A stretch of 64,000 nt of DNA from Octopus sinensis (taxonomy: Eukaryota): positions 27,714,001 to 27,778,000 of the forward strand of contig NC_043016.1 in the NCBI RefSeq assembly GCF_006345805.1. Reading direction: 5' to 3'. How positions within the stretch are numbered: the stretch's first letter is position 1; each line of letters begins with the position of its first letter. The position numbers and the translations under genes are program-made. The notes beneath the pieces are model-generated. The model was not told the DNA's origin. It saw only the letters and a list, made by a program, of their open reading frames with translations, and did no database searches. This document shows positions 52,028 to 64,000 of this stretch, one piece after another.

Positions 52028-54459
52028 CTGGAATAGTTTCAAGAGAGCAAAAATCAATAACCAGTTACAATTTAGCTTTTTTAATGAGCAAAACACTGAT
52101 TTTAGATTTCAGTGCCTACTACCACACTAAATGTCAGTTGGTATTGAGTAACTTTACCCATTTGGAATCAATATGCACTGGAATAAGCTCAGGACATATT
52201 TCATATACAATAGGGCATTTTTTTTACTTTCTGCAAACAACATATACCTTGCATACCAAGCCATTGCTAGAGGGTCCATGTGCCAGTTAGAAATAGCAAC
52301 CAAATTTGTCATCAAATCACACCTTACTATTGTAGAAGGAAAGGACATTTGGGATAATGTAGACATTGATGTACCTAAACAGACAGCATGGTCACAAGCA
52401 GAATACATCTGATCATTAGTTTGCTCGATCATGGATGATCTGCGCCTAAATGACATACAGAATCCTACATGAGAATCTGTGTGGTAACTAAACAAACAAG
52501 AAATAGCAACTAATCATCCCTCAAAATCACACTGTCTTCAAAAGAAGAGGGTATTAAAGAAACCATAAACACACAATCCTTGAACAAAAAAAGACTGGAT
52601 GTACCTCTGTTGAATCAGCTGCCCTAAGATTAAACAACACCACTGCCATACCCAGTTCATATATTCTTATAATACTTGAGAATCAGTTAGTTCAAAAGTA
52701 TCAGTGTGTCTGTGAGCATTTATACAGTCACAACTGGAACAAGGTCTGCTCAATCAGAGCTGACACAAAGTTTAGCAACAACAAACACCAAGTCCTTGAG
52801 TGTCTTTAGCAGCACCATAAATATGTAAACTGACTCCATTCCTGTAGAGCCATTGACAAACAAAATATTGCATACCAGCAAAGGCTGTTATGAGTAAACC
52901 TTGCCCACCTTCTTGAAACTGAACTTAGTTATGCTGAGAGCAAAGGAACAGTCAATCACTAAGATTAATGTCTAATGCCACATATACTATAACTACTAAA
53001 TGTTAGCCTTAAACATTAATGTCAATGAGGTTAATGAATACTGTTACCAAAAAATAAATCTCAATGTTAGTATTCATCATTTCCATTCTGCTGCCAGATA
53101 TCTCTTATTTCACCCACTCATTCCTGGCACTGCTGCCCCGCCCTGACACTTCATCACTATTTATATTACTTTCCAGTTCCCACGCCACCACCTCTCTTCT
53201 AAAATGTAAATAGTCATACATTATTTACATTGAATGGATATGTATCCTCATCTTGTTTATTGTTACCACAATGTTTCAGCTGATTTACTCTCTGCAAGAG
53301 TCACTCCTCTACAGCAAGAAACCTGTTCTACTCTGGCCCTTTCCCTTCATACTTGACCCCCCTATACTCTTTATTCTCCAAGCACAAAGTTCCTGCACCT
53401 GCTCAGGGTTCATAATCTTACAAGCTACATTGTAACTTCACCAACTGCTGGTGGCATGATGAAAAAAAAAACACACCCAGTACAACATTGCGGTAACAAC
53501 AAACAAGATGGGGACACATATCCATCCAATGTAAATAATATAAATAATGTACAGAATATCTCATCTCTAAAATATAGAAATGTGAATAGTCATGTCACTC
53601 CTCTACAGCAAGAAACCTGTTCTGCTCTGGCCCTTTTACTTTGTTCTTTATCCCTCTATACTCTTTATTCTCCATGCATAAAGTTTCCCCCTTCTGCTCA
53701 GGGTTCATAATCTTGCAAGCTACATCCTAACTTTACCATTTGCTGGTGGCAGGAAAAAAAAAACACTCAGTACAAACTGCTGAGTAGTTGGTATTAGGAA
53801 GTGCATCCAACCATAGAAACCATGTCAAAGCAGACACTGAAGTACACTGCAGTCTTTGGGCCAATCGGATCCTGCCAAACCACCCAACCCATGCCAGCAT
53901 GAAACAAGACATTAAATGATGATGGTATTAGCATTAAGCATTTATTTCAGTGAGAATAATGTTTAATACTACCAATAGTATATCTTGTTACTGTTAGTAT
54001 TAAAAATGAAAAGCTTTATAAAACAAAACATGTTTACATAACTTAGAAAATGTCCCTGTCTTTGCATAGGAGCAACTTTTCTTTTCTGATGAACTTATTT
54101 TTACTATGGCTTAGTGGTTACCATGCTGTATCTGTAATAAGATTATGGATTCAATTCCCAGGTTGGGCAGCATACTGTGTCCTTGAGTAAGGCACTTCAT
54201 TTTACATTGGTACAGTGTACTCAGTTGAAAATGAGTACCATCCAAGTGCTGATGCAGTACTTTCTCCCTTCAGCTGGATGTTCTACCAGGTTATAGGCAG
54301 AGAGGGTAGTAAATATACTTGAAACTATACAGCCATTTAAAAGAAATAAAGCATTACTTGGTCATAGATGCTTTCATATAGTGGTCTGTAGTTTGTTTGC
54401 TTTTGAAAAGATAATATAAACACCTTGACCATGAAGCAAGAATGGAAGCTGTGACTTAC

Positions 54460-54554
54460 AGTGAGAATGGATCTTTGAGAGTACATGAATGACTTAACTT
54501 ACCATTAAATGACCAACAATTCAACATGCTAGCTTCACAGTTATTGAACCTCAT
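54460..54554 (-). CDS. CCDC117: CCDC117-like protein, coding part of exon 2 (MRFNNCEASMLNCWSFNGKLSHSCTLKDPFS)
   Basis: Acceptor TTTCTTGTCTCTTACACCCAG| opens the exon at 54590. ATG at 54554 has an in-frame TAA just upstream. Donor CT|GTAAGT follows 54460, and phase 2 joins exon 3 in frame. Confidence 0.6.
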
Positions 54555-56739
54555 GCTATATTAATAACAGCCAAACATCTGCCAATATTGCTGGGTGTAA
54601 GAGACAAGAAACTATAGCACAATATCACCACCACCTCTCTTGTTCTCTCTCCTTTCAACTAGGGGTAAACATGTATTTCTTCTACAGCAAGATACCAGCT
54701 TCTGTCCCTGTCATACTTAAACCTCTCAACTGACACAAAACCACTTCAATACTAAGGGCATCTAACCATAAAAACCATGCCAAAGCAGACCTCACCAGTG
54801 TTGGTATCACTTAAAAAAACACCCAGTCCGTCTGTAAAGTGGATGGTGTGGGAAGGGCATCCAACAGTAAAAACCATGCCTAAGCAGATCTTGTTAGTGT
54901 TGGTACCACATAAAAAGCATCCAGTCTACACTGTAACATAGTTGGTGTTAGATAGGGCATCCTGCCATAAAAGTAATGCCAAAACAGACAGTGGAGCTTG
55001 GTACAGTCCTCGAGGTGCAGGCATGACTGTATGGTTAAGAAGTATGTTTTGCAAGCACATGGCTTTTTTTGGTTCAGTCCCACTTTGCAGCACTTAGGCA
55101 AGTTATCTTATGCTATAGCCTCAAGACAACCAATGCCTTCTGAGTGAATTTGGTAGATGAAAACTGTGTGGAAGTTCATCACGTGTGTGTGTGTGTGTTT
55201 ATCTATGTTTCCATACCTTGGCAATTTGGCAAAGAAACCTGATATAAAAAATAAGTACTGGGGTTAATTTGTTTAATTTAACCCTTCAAAGCAGTGCCTC
55301 AGCATGACTGCAGTTCAATAACTGAAACAAGTAAAAAGATAAAAGGATATATTTGAGTTAATGAGGACAACTTAATGGTTATTTAACTCGTTAGAAGGCA
55401 AAATTCCAAAACCATCACACAATAACATGTTGCAGTTATAGATATTTTTAACAAGTGCGATAGTCATGGTCGGAGAATTTTTTTTATAAGGCTTATGGAT
55501 CAGAGCCTACTCATGGCTAAAAGAATATTCTAAGCATACAAATTTGCACACTGTCATCCAACTTGTGAGAAAAAACAGCCAAATTTCCCTCAAAAATACA
55601 TTACATAATATAGCTAAAGATATACTTTCTCTGAATAAAATACAGATGTATCATATCAATACTGACCCATGGCTAACTAACAACAACAGACAAGAACAAC
55701 CATGCCAAACTAAATCATTCCAATATTCATGTGAAGACACTGGAACCTGTAGGAGCCCTGATTGACTACATGGTACAACAGTTTACTGTTATACACATGC
55801 TTAAACCTCCTATAGTCCTTAACGTAGGCAGTGCAGAGTTGTAGGAGACTTGAGTGTGTGCATGACATTGCAGTTGGCTTGCATGTATGCTTAGCACTAC
55901 AGCCTGCAGATGGTTTGAATTAAGTATGACACTGCAGTCAACTGGCTTCAGTGTGCAAGAAACAGCAGTCTGCTGTCTTTTGTGTACATAACACACAGTA
56001 AGGTGTAATGTTGCACGTCTGTCATTTGTGGTTTGCATATGTGCATAGCACTGCAGTCTGCTGGCTTCATGGATACATGACACTGCAGTGCATACATGTT
56101 TAGACAAACAGATGGGTTAAGTGCTACAAATAGAGGAAATAGAATTCAGTACACCAAGTGGAGCAAATTTATTTATTGGTTGTAAGGTTAATAGTCAAAG
56201 AATTACAGCTTTATGCATACCACTTACCTAGTTGATAAATACTTTACACTAAACTCTCAGCTTTTGAATCACTTATGTAGCTCTACAACTAATAAAAATT
56301 ATATACCATAAAAACCCATGTAATTTGCACACCTGTGAAATTTATGCAGGCGATTTTCAGGATGAAAATTGTTTAAAAAAAAAAAAAAAAAAAAAAAAGC
56401 TTCTACTCATGTAAAATTCACACCCAAAAGTTTTCAGCACGGCCAATATGGCCAGGGAAAAAAAAGGTTTTCAGTTTAGTTGTATTTAGTATAATTTCAT
56501 TTACTTATGATTAGATTTTATTAAATTTTCACCAAATAAAAATAACTTCTGTTTAATAGGTATCACATTATAAGCTATTGAATTACAAAGTGTTTGTGTT
56601 GTTTATAATAAACTTTATTTTACATTTCTTGCCCACAAGAGATTATGTCTGATCTTTAACATACTGCTAAATCTCAAATTACGATCACAGGAAAAGTTGT
56701 CAAGAATTATCAGCAAAAACAAAGCTGATAAATACTCAC

Positions 56740-56860
56740 AGGTGTTGCAAATTATGTTTAATTACCAATAAACATCAGCTTGGATGACACTTCACTCAAC
56801 CAAGTAAAATATGGCCTGGACCGTGTTTACCAGCACGAACGTCAGACTTCGAAAAGTAGT
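56740..56860 (-). other. CCDC117: Putative non-coding exon 1 / TSS region of the CCDC117-like gene (5' boundary unknown)
   Basis: Donor ...CAACACCT|GTGAGT ends at 56740. Locally CpG-richer unique sequence (GACGTTCGTG, CACGG). The frame that would join the CDS has a TGA and no ATG after it, so the exon is 5'UTR. Confidence 0.55.
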
Positions 56861-57423
56861 TGACCATTTGGTTTTAGTAAATTCATACAAAAAAAAAAAG
56901 CATTATACCATCCAGTATAAAAGTCAACTTCATTATATTTAAACCCATATTTTTTCTGTACAAATCTATTCTGACATTAACTGAGTCAACTTCTGGTATG
57001 AATGTTCATGTTTTGTACGTCATATTTCAACAAAAAAATTTTCTAAAACAAGTCTGGAAACAATCTACTCAATGTAATTTATGCACCCCTAAAGTTTATT
57101 TTTATTTTTGTGCAAAAAATGAGTAAACTACGTGGTTTTTTACAGTACATATAATGACAGGTATAGTGTTATATTGAAGCCGAGAAATTCTACAAACTGT
57201 TAGTTTCCCATAACTGATCAGACACTGAAATTTATCAGCTTGAACAAACACTACTTTTTATTCTACCTTGTTTCGCATTTACGTGCTCACATGTGTGTGT
57301 ACACACACACATACATCAATCATTTTACACCTGCTTTCCATGTTGATGTTGGCTGGATGGTAACCCCATTTGAAGTGAGCACATATTCAGGGGTACTGCT
57401 CACATAAATGGATTGAAGGGAGT

Positions 57424-59140
57424 AGTTAGTTAGTTAGTTAATTTTTTGGCTCAAAAAGCAAAAAGCAAGGCCATGTAGGGGGACATGGAGTTATGTACAG
57501 GGTGGTGTTCATGTAAAGAGTTCAGGTCACATGTGGTCAAGGGAGACTTTGAACCAAGCGGTCGTCGGCATCTTCACCATCTGGTCCGGCAGCTTATTCC
57601 ACGGATCCGCAACCAGGACGGAGAAAGCCCCTCTCCTTCGATTTAGATGAAATCATCGCAGATAGAGCTTTTCAGAATGACCCCGCAGCCGACGCTCTTG
57701 AGCAGGAGTGAAGAACAGCTCTTTCGAGTGGTTACACTTTCCGCTTATGATGTTGTGAGCGAGAATGAGATCACCACGGCGTCGGCGTTTTTCTAGAGAA
57801 TAAAGGTCGAGCATCTTCAACCTTTCTTCATAAGACAAATTCTTGAGACCAAGAACCATGCGGGTAGCCAGCTTCTGGACTCTTTCGAGATGCTGTATGT
57901 CTTTGAGGAGATAAAGAGAAGAGGCTTGAATCCCGTACTCCAATATAGGTCTCACCAGCGTGACATAGAGCGGTAGGAATATGGCTGCTGTGAGCATTCA
58001 GAATGACCGTCGAATCAAGAACAGAACTCCGCGTGCTTAGTTGGCAGCATGGACGCAATGGGCTGAAGGCGAAAAGGAGGAATCCACCAAGATATCCAGG
58101 TCCTTTACCTGATCGGTCCTCTCCAGCAGCAGACGACCCGGCTCGAAATCAAGTTGAGTTGCAGGAGGAGAGCCAACAGGCAGATGACAGCACTTTGACA
58201 CGTTCAGACACAGGTCCCATTCGTTAGACCATCTCCAAATTTGGTGGAGGCATCGACGAAGATCCTCTATATCACCACGAGGAGCGACCAGTTTGACATC
58301 GTTGGCAAATAGAAGGGTGTGTTGCATGAGGTCGTCGGGCAAGTCATTTATGAAGACTAAGAACAATAAGGGCCCAAGCACTGAACCTTGAGGCACAACA
58401 CTGCTCGCACTGGAGACGTCGGACCGCAAACCATTAACTTCGACTTGGAAGGAGCGATCTGAGAGGAAGGCACCAACTCATCGTACAATATCCGGATGGA
58501 AATTATATGCTTGAAGCTTGACAAGTAATAGGCGGTGGTTTACCGAGTCAAAAGCTTTGGCAAAGTCCAATAAAACGATGTCAACAGCATCAATATCATT
58601 GAGGATGCGCGTCACCAATTCTTCCATTACCAGTAAGTTGGTCAAGCATGATCTCTTCGGCACAAAGCTGTTTTGGGAATCAGAGATAGAGGCTGTGTTT
58701 TGGAGGTGGAGTATCATACTTTTCTTAAGGATGGTTTCGAACATCTTGCTGATTATTGATGTAACGGAAACCGGTCGGTAGTTAAGCGGGTCTTTGCAGC
58801 TCCCATTCTTGAAAATTGGGCAGATTATCGCTGTTCTCCAGTCCGCAGGTATAACACCCGTCGCCAACGCTTTGATAACCCGTGGGTGTATGCCGTCAGG
58901 GCCATGACCCTTGTTGTCATCGAGGCCTTGAATAACGCATTCGACTTCGTCCCGCGTGATGACCAATCGAAGCATTGGAGGTACTGATCTATCAAATGGA
59001 GGGGGTTCACGACCATCATCTTTTTTGAAAATAGTTGAAAAAGCCTCAGCAAATAATTGACTTTGTTGATAAGGGTCCTCAATCGATACGCCTGTTGAGT
59101 CTACCAACGTTGAAATTTGGTTGTTCAAGCGGGACTGGGT
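57424..59140 (-). mobile_element. 5'-truncated CR1-like LINE, RT domain with several lesions
   Basis: GPDGIHP, NYRPVSVTS, LDFAKAFDSV, GVPQGSVLGP-like, LFANDVKL and RRRRGDLI motifs. (TAAC)n tail; same family as 9780-10219. Confidence 0.95.
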
Positions 59141-60319
59141 TTCGTTTTGGGGTTGGTTTCTACAGCTGGGTGCCAACTACTCTACATTATTATTTTTCAT
59201 GACACCAGCATTAGAGAAGTGGTCATGCCCTCAACATGACAAAAGGGATCTCACAATTCCACATCTCTGTTCAATTGCCAGCCTCTTTATTGAGTGGGAT
59301 GCATAAATGATAGCAATAGAAACATGTGTGATGAAGGATGGAGTGATAGAAACATTCAGTTACTGAACAGTTTCAAGTTCTATCTGAAGGGAGCAAGGAA
59401 TCCTCAAACTGGACATATGGCCCAAATGCTAGTAACAGTGAATTCTTCTGAAGTTCCCCAAGGATCATGTGGTGACATTAAACAGGGTGATAGAACTCAG
59501 AATACAAAAGAGACACAATGAACATTGCAATTCAGACCATCAGATACTACAGCAATTCCATACCACTCTAGACTGCTAATCTGACCATAAAAAGGACGAA
59601 AGCAAATTTTGACACTGGCAAGATACAATCAAATATCACCACAACAAACATTACACCATAATGTATCTAAAGTTTGAAATGCTAAATATTCAAAGATCTG
59701 TCAGTTCTCTTGATGAAGTGTTTCTATCTCTGCATGAAAGATTATGCTTGAAAACAAGTCTAACATATGTTGCTTTATACCAAGTCAGACCTTTCACTAG
59801 CTTGCCCTGTATATGTACTTAAGTCTTGCAATAATATACAATGGACAAATTGAATATTGAGAACAAGGATGTACAATATTTTAAAAGAAGTGACGTGAAA
59901 AATATCAGTTGATGTATATATGGCTGTATATAACAAGTTGCTTCAACAACCATCCAACTCTTGAGTTTGATTCAACTGTGTAGCAACTCTAGCAAGCATT
60001 ATTCTTCTGCTACAGTCTCAGACTGACCCAATATTTTCCATATTTCATTGCCATACAGAACCATTCAGAGAACTATTGCACGATGTAACCAAACTGCTTC
60101 TCATTGCCACAAAAACACATACACTCCTTTGACAATCCTGCTGTTCACACCATTTTCTATGTACTTATGACAACTTATCACACTGCCCACATCTTTTGCA
60201 TGAAACTTGGGACAGAAACTGCCCAGACATTCATCATGTATGCTTGTGAATATCTTCTTTCTGTATGTATATCAGGAAAGGGTGAGAAGAATAGCAAAAA
60301 ATAGATACTTTATGAACTG

Positions 60320-60620
60320 TATTTAGTTGCAGTATTTTTGTTCTTCCATACTGAAATATTGAAAAGAAACAAGGTTGAACATACTCAATTGGATGTGTAA
60401 TGTTAATGTGTATGAACAACAGCACAAAGAAAAAATAGGTATAAGAGGAATCAGATGTAGTGTGCAAGAGAGATTGTGCCTGTATAGATATGTGACGTGT
60501 GAGGGTAATAACAGAGGTATAAAGAAGTGTTGGACACTCCAAGAGAATAGAACATGTAGAAGAGAGAAAGAGATCAAGGAAAACATAGGACTAAATGGTG
60601 AAGACAAATTCCAAGGTGAA
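60320..60620 (+). mobile_element. RTE-like LINE 3' fragment
   Basis: KIGIRGIRCSVQERLCLYRYV..KKCWTLQENRTCRR. Confidence 0.7.
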
Positions 60621-61059
60621 TCCCACCAGCAAAGTGGCTAATTGTTCCAAGTAAGTATGGGGGGGGGGAATCATTGAAACAAGGATGGAGATGCAATCTA
60701 TATTTGGATCATTTCCATTGCCCCAGGATGGCCACAGCCTCTGGCTGAAACTAATAATGGAATAAATATATAAATATATATAGATATACAGATACATCTG
60801 AATACATATCATTCCCCCCACTTCATTACTCTTTCACACCTCCCATCACATTACTCACGTAACAAGGAACAGCACTGCATTGGATTTCTGTATTAAATCA
60901 CTCTCACACTCATTACTTCCTCTCCTCTCACCCATCACCTCCACTCTTAACATCACCCATCATCATTTTTATCCATTACACTCTCTCACATTTGACTTAC
61001 TTCCTCCCATTTATTGAGATACATAAGGCAACAAGCAATAAGACTGGAATCTGCCAGTT

Positions 61060-61520
61060 CTTTTTTGCTCCTGTTCAAATGGTTCTCAACCATTTGAGAT
61101 CTTTATGAAATATCTGGTATCAGGTGTTCCTTGACTGGCCATTTTTTAATGTCCATATCGTTGTCATCACTGCTTGCAGAATGGCTGATAAGCACAAAAT
61201 ATAACCCCCACAACGTGAAATCAACTCAGTACTAGGAGGTTTCACAGCAGCTGGAATAAGCTTTGAAGAAAAATTTCTTCACTTGCAATTCTATTTCACC
61301 AAGTAACTTTGAGGATTTTTCTACAGGTTTCATTAGTAGAATGTCTGACATTTTCCATAGTTCATTATCATGCAAAACCATTCAGAGAAGTATTGCACTG
61401 TATGACCAAACCTTCTTGGCAGGACAACTGTTTCTCATCACATTTGCACACACATTCCTTTGACAACTTATCACACTGCCAACATAAGAAAAATTGTCTG
61501 TCCACACTTCTACTCTCTGA
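61060..61520 (-). mobile_element. Decayed RTE-like fragment, partly repeated at 60040-60200
   Basis: Shared ACCATTCAGAGAA.TATTGCAC..GACAACTTATCACACTGCC blocks; minus-strand RKILKVTW.NRI motif. Confidence 0.5.
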
Positions 61521-64000
61521 TGAAGTTGAAACATTGGATTGCAACATTAAACTGCATCATCTTGGTCTTTCCATAGTTATTCTTCTCACACTCCTACCAC
61601 CACCACACCACTCATACTGTTTCTATACAAGCTCCTTACCAATAATCATAACCTGTCTACCGCTCTTTAAAACACTTATCTCTCACTCTCTTCTCATTCA
61701 GTTGTGTGCAAAACAAAAAGGACGAATGCAGAAACAACAAAGAAAAGAGAGGTGTCTCTTTAGTCTTGCCAAGGATGAGACAATCCTCTCATTCAGATCA
61801 CAGAAAGAAGAGAATGTAGGACTGTTCAGTCTTATCAGGAACATTGTAAGTTCTCTAGTGCTAAGATTAAATGCACCCAGTACATACTGTAAGGTGGTTG
61901 ATGATAGGAAGAGAATCAAGCCATAGAAATAATATGTAATACCGTTTATGCTAGGGGATGAAGGATTAAAGCCCGCCTCTCAAGCTTTATTTCCTCTTCT
62001 AGCATTAAAGCTGATTATCAATGGGTTCATAGTATTACAAGCTGTATGGCCACCTCATTAGTGCTGGTGGCATGAAAAAAAAAAAAAAAAAGCATCTACT
62101 GCATATTGTAAAGTGGTTGCAGGTATTAGGAAAAGTATCCATCCATTGAAACCATGCAAGAGCAAGACTATGGCACACAATAATGCAATCCTTGAGCCAT
62201 TGGATCATCAAAACAGTCAAGCCCATGCTAGTTTGGAACACAGATGCCAAATGATGATGGTGATCAATGGTAATTGGAAATTCCTGAAAGAATGATAGAC
62301 CATTCTTTAAAAAAAATGGCAGTACAGTTTCATTTAAGTTGTGTAGAGTTTAAATGTACAGAGATATACTACACCTAGCAGCTTTAAAAGAGAACTAAAA
62401 CATCCAATATGTCAAGAATGGGGTGTCACTTTATAATCATCATCATTTAAACTCCATGTTCCATGCTAGCATAGGTGGGACGACATATATATCCACTGTA
62501 GTCTTCCCCAGCTAAACATCCCTAATCTTGCAGGCTCATAAGTGCTGGTACCACATAAAAAACACCCATGCCAGTGTTGCATAAAAGCACCCAGTACACT
62601 CTGTAAAGTGGCTGGCATTAGGAAGTTCATCCAGCCATACCAAAACAGACAGGGAGCTTGAATAGCCCCTCAGCTAGTCAGCTCCTGTCAAACTGTCCAC
62701 CCCATTCTAGCATAGATAACGGATGTTAAATGATGATATATATGAGAGAGAGAAGGGGAGAGAGAGAGAGAAGGGGAGAGAGAGACAGACAGACAAACAG
62801 CTGGTGCTAATTAAGTTGACAGCCTTTTAATAGTTATTGACATCTCCATCATGACAAGTTGTTAAATATTCCATTTAAAAAAATGGCATTGAGGTTAACA
62901 CTGAATTATTGATCGCATATTCCTAAAAATCAAACCTTAGAATTAATGTCTATGAACTGGGTGCTTAACTCTTTGGCTCAGTCTAAATTTCTTTACTGCT
63001 AACACTTTTTCATCAGATCCAAATAGGCAGACAATCCAAAATACAACTCTTCCAACAATACACACAAATCAATTTTTACAAAGGCCCTGTTCTGTTAGGT
63101 TATATTTTTCAATTTATCAAGGATCTATTAGTTGATAGCCAAAAGGCAGACACAAAAATAAAGGAAAAGTGCCAATTCATAACACACAACTTTGTTTTAG
63201 GATACGAAAGAATTTAGGTTAATAAAAACGATTTTGACTTTATATATCCAACATAAATGAAATTATATTTAAATGAAGACAGCTAAGAAAGAGGTTCAAA
63301 TTAAAAAATTTTAACCTTTGTCTGTGTGTGTGTATTAAATAGTATAGTTAGCATGAAATACTGTCTGATAAATAAATGCTTTTAATTTTGTTTTTATAAA
63401 ACTAAAACAATACAAGTTATAAGAAATAATACAAATCGACAGTTTGTACTTTTAACTTGTATTTCAATATTTCAGTGTTAGGATCCCTTCCTTCTTTAGA
63501 TAAATGGTGCTTGTAAGCTGACTTCTCCAAAGATTTCCAGAAGAGGTCCTAGCACCAAAATATAGAAATACAAAGTAAAAATACAAACCATCAACTTGCA
63601 CTGTTTTGGTTTTATAAAAAAAAATAATTAAAAAAACATCTTTGTTTGGAACTGGATCTCGAAGAACATATATTGTCAATCTATATATATAAAATGGTGT
63701 TAACATTATAAAACTTCCTTTATCAGCAGATTTTAATGTATAGCAAGACTTTACAGTAAAATATCCATCTAATAATGTAAATAACAGGCCTTTGTTTCTA
63801 TAAAATATAGTCAGAAATTTTAATGAGTCAGATACTTTTATACCCACTGACACAAATTGACTAATTCACCTGAACATTAATCAGAGTTTATTGAAATCCA
63901 CTATTTAAAGGATCAAATTCACACGTTAGCAGCAATATTATTTAGGGTGAAGGTTTTAAATATAAGCTATAACTGAAAAATACTATGATGTTGGGTATTT

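Noticed and set aside
55667-55746. Possible 80-nt cassette exon in intron 1 (CAG|GTTCCAG...GG|GTCAGT)
   Set aside because: Poor pyrimidine tract and weak donor; no support without RNA data.
61309-61926. 205-aa plus ORF
   Set aside because: Antisense to decayed RTE sequence plus low-complexity DNA; no domain features.
63464-63853. 129-aa minus ORF and a possible terminal exon (PLLEIFGEVSLQAPFI*)
   Set aside because: An acceptor-like AG exists near 63551, but I found no recognisable homology and no consistent donor or upstream exon. It may be UTR of a neighbouring gene.
1-64000. CRISPR arrays, rRNA, prokaryote-type operons
   Set aside because: No regularly spaced repeat-spacer array or rRNA-like sequence seen; the DNA is intron-containing and eukaryotic.

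Overview
AT-rich, microsatellite-dense eukaryotic DNA. The SINE families, RTE/CR1 LINE debris and CA/TA arrays look like an octopus (coleoid cephalopod) genome, which is an inference from repeat recognition. One host gene can be reconstructed. It is a minus-strand, 7-exon CCDC117-like gene with a non-coding exon 1 ending at 56740 and CDS join 54554-54460, 52027-51947, 43040-42858, 37684-37559, 36868-36698, 35909-35825 (741 nt, 246 aa, all GT-AG and all phase 2). None of these exons appears in the ORF track. Nearly everything else is mobile-element material: two decayed mariners, a Tc1, a hAT transposase relic, piggyBac-, Tigger- and mariner-type MITEs, a non-autonomous Helitron, a Helentron/DINE-like element, CR1, RTE and R4/Dong-type LINE fragments, and at least four SINE-like families. 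The most interesting signal is a palindromic (foldback) insertion present twice (6450-6768 and 15377-15707). Its arms fold by eye into a minimal type I hammerhead ribozyme with a compensatory G3:C8 core swap, as expected for a Penelope-like element derivative. Most long ORFs in the track are microsatellite artefacts. All alignments and folds were done by eye; no search or folding program was run.
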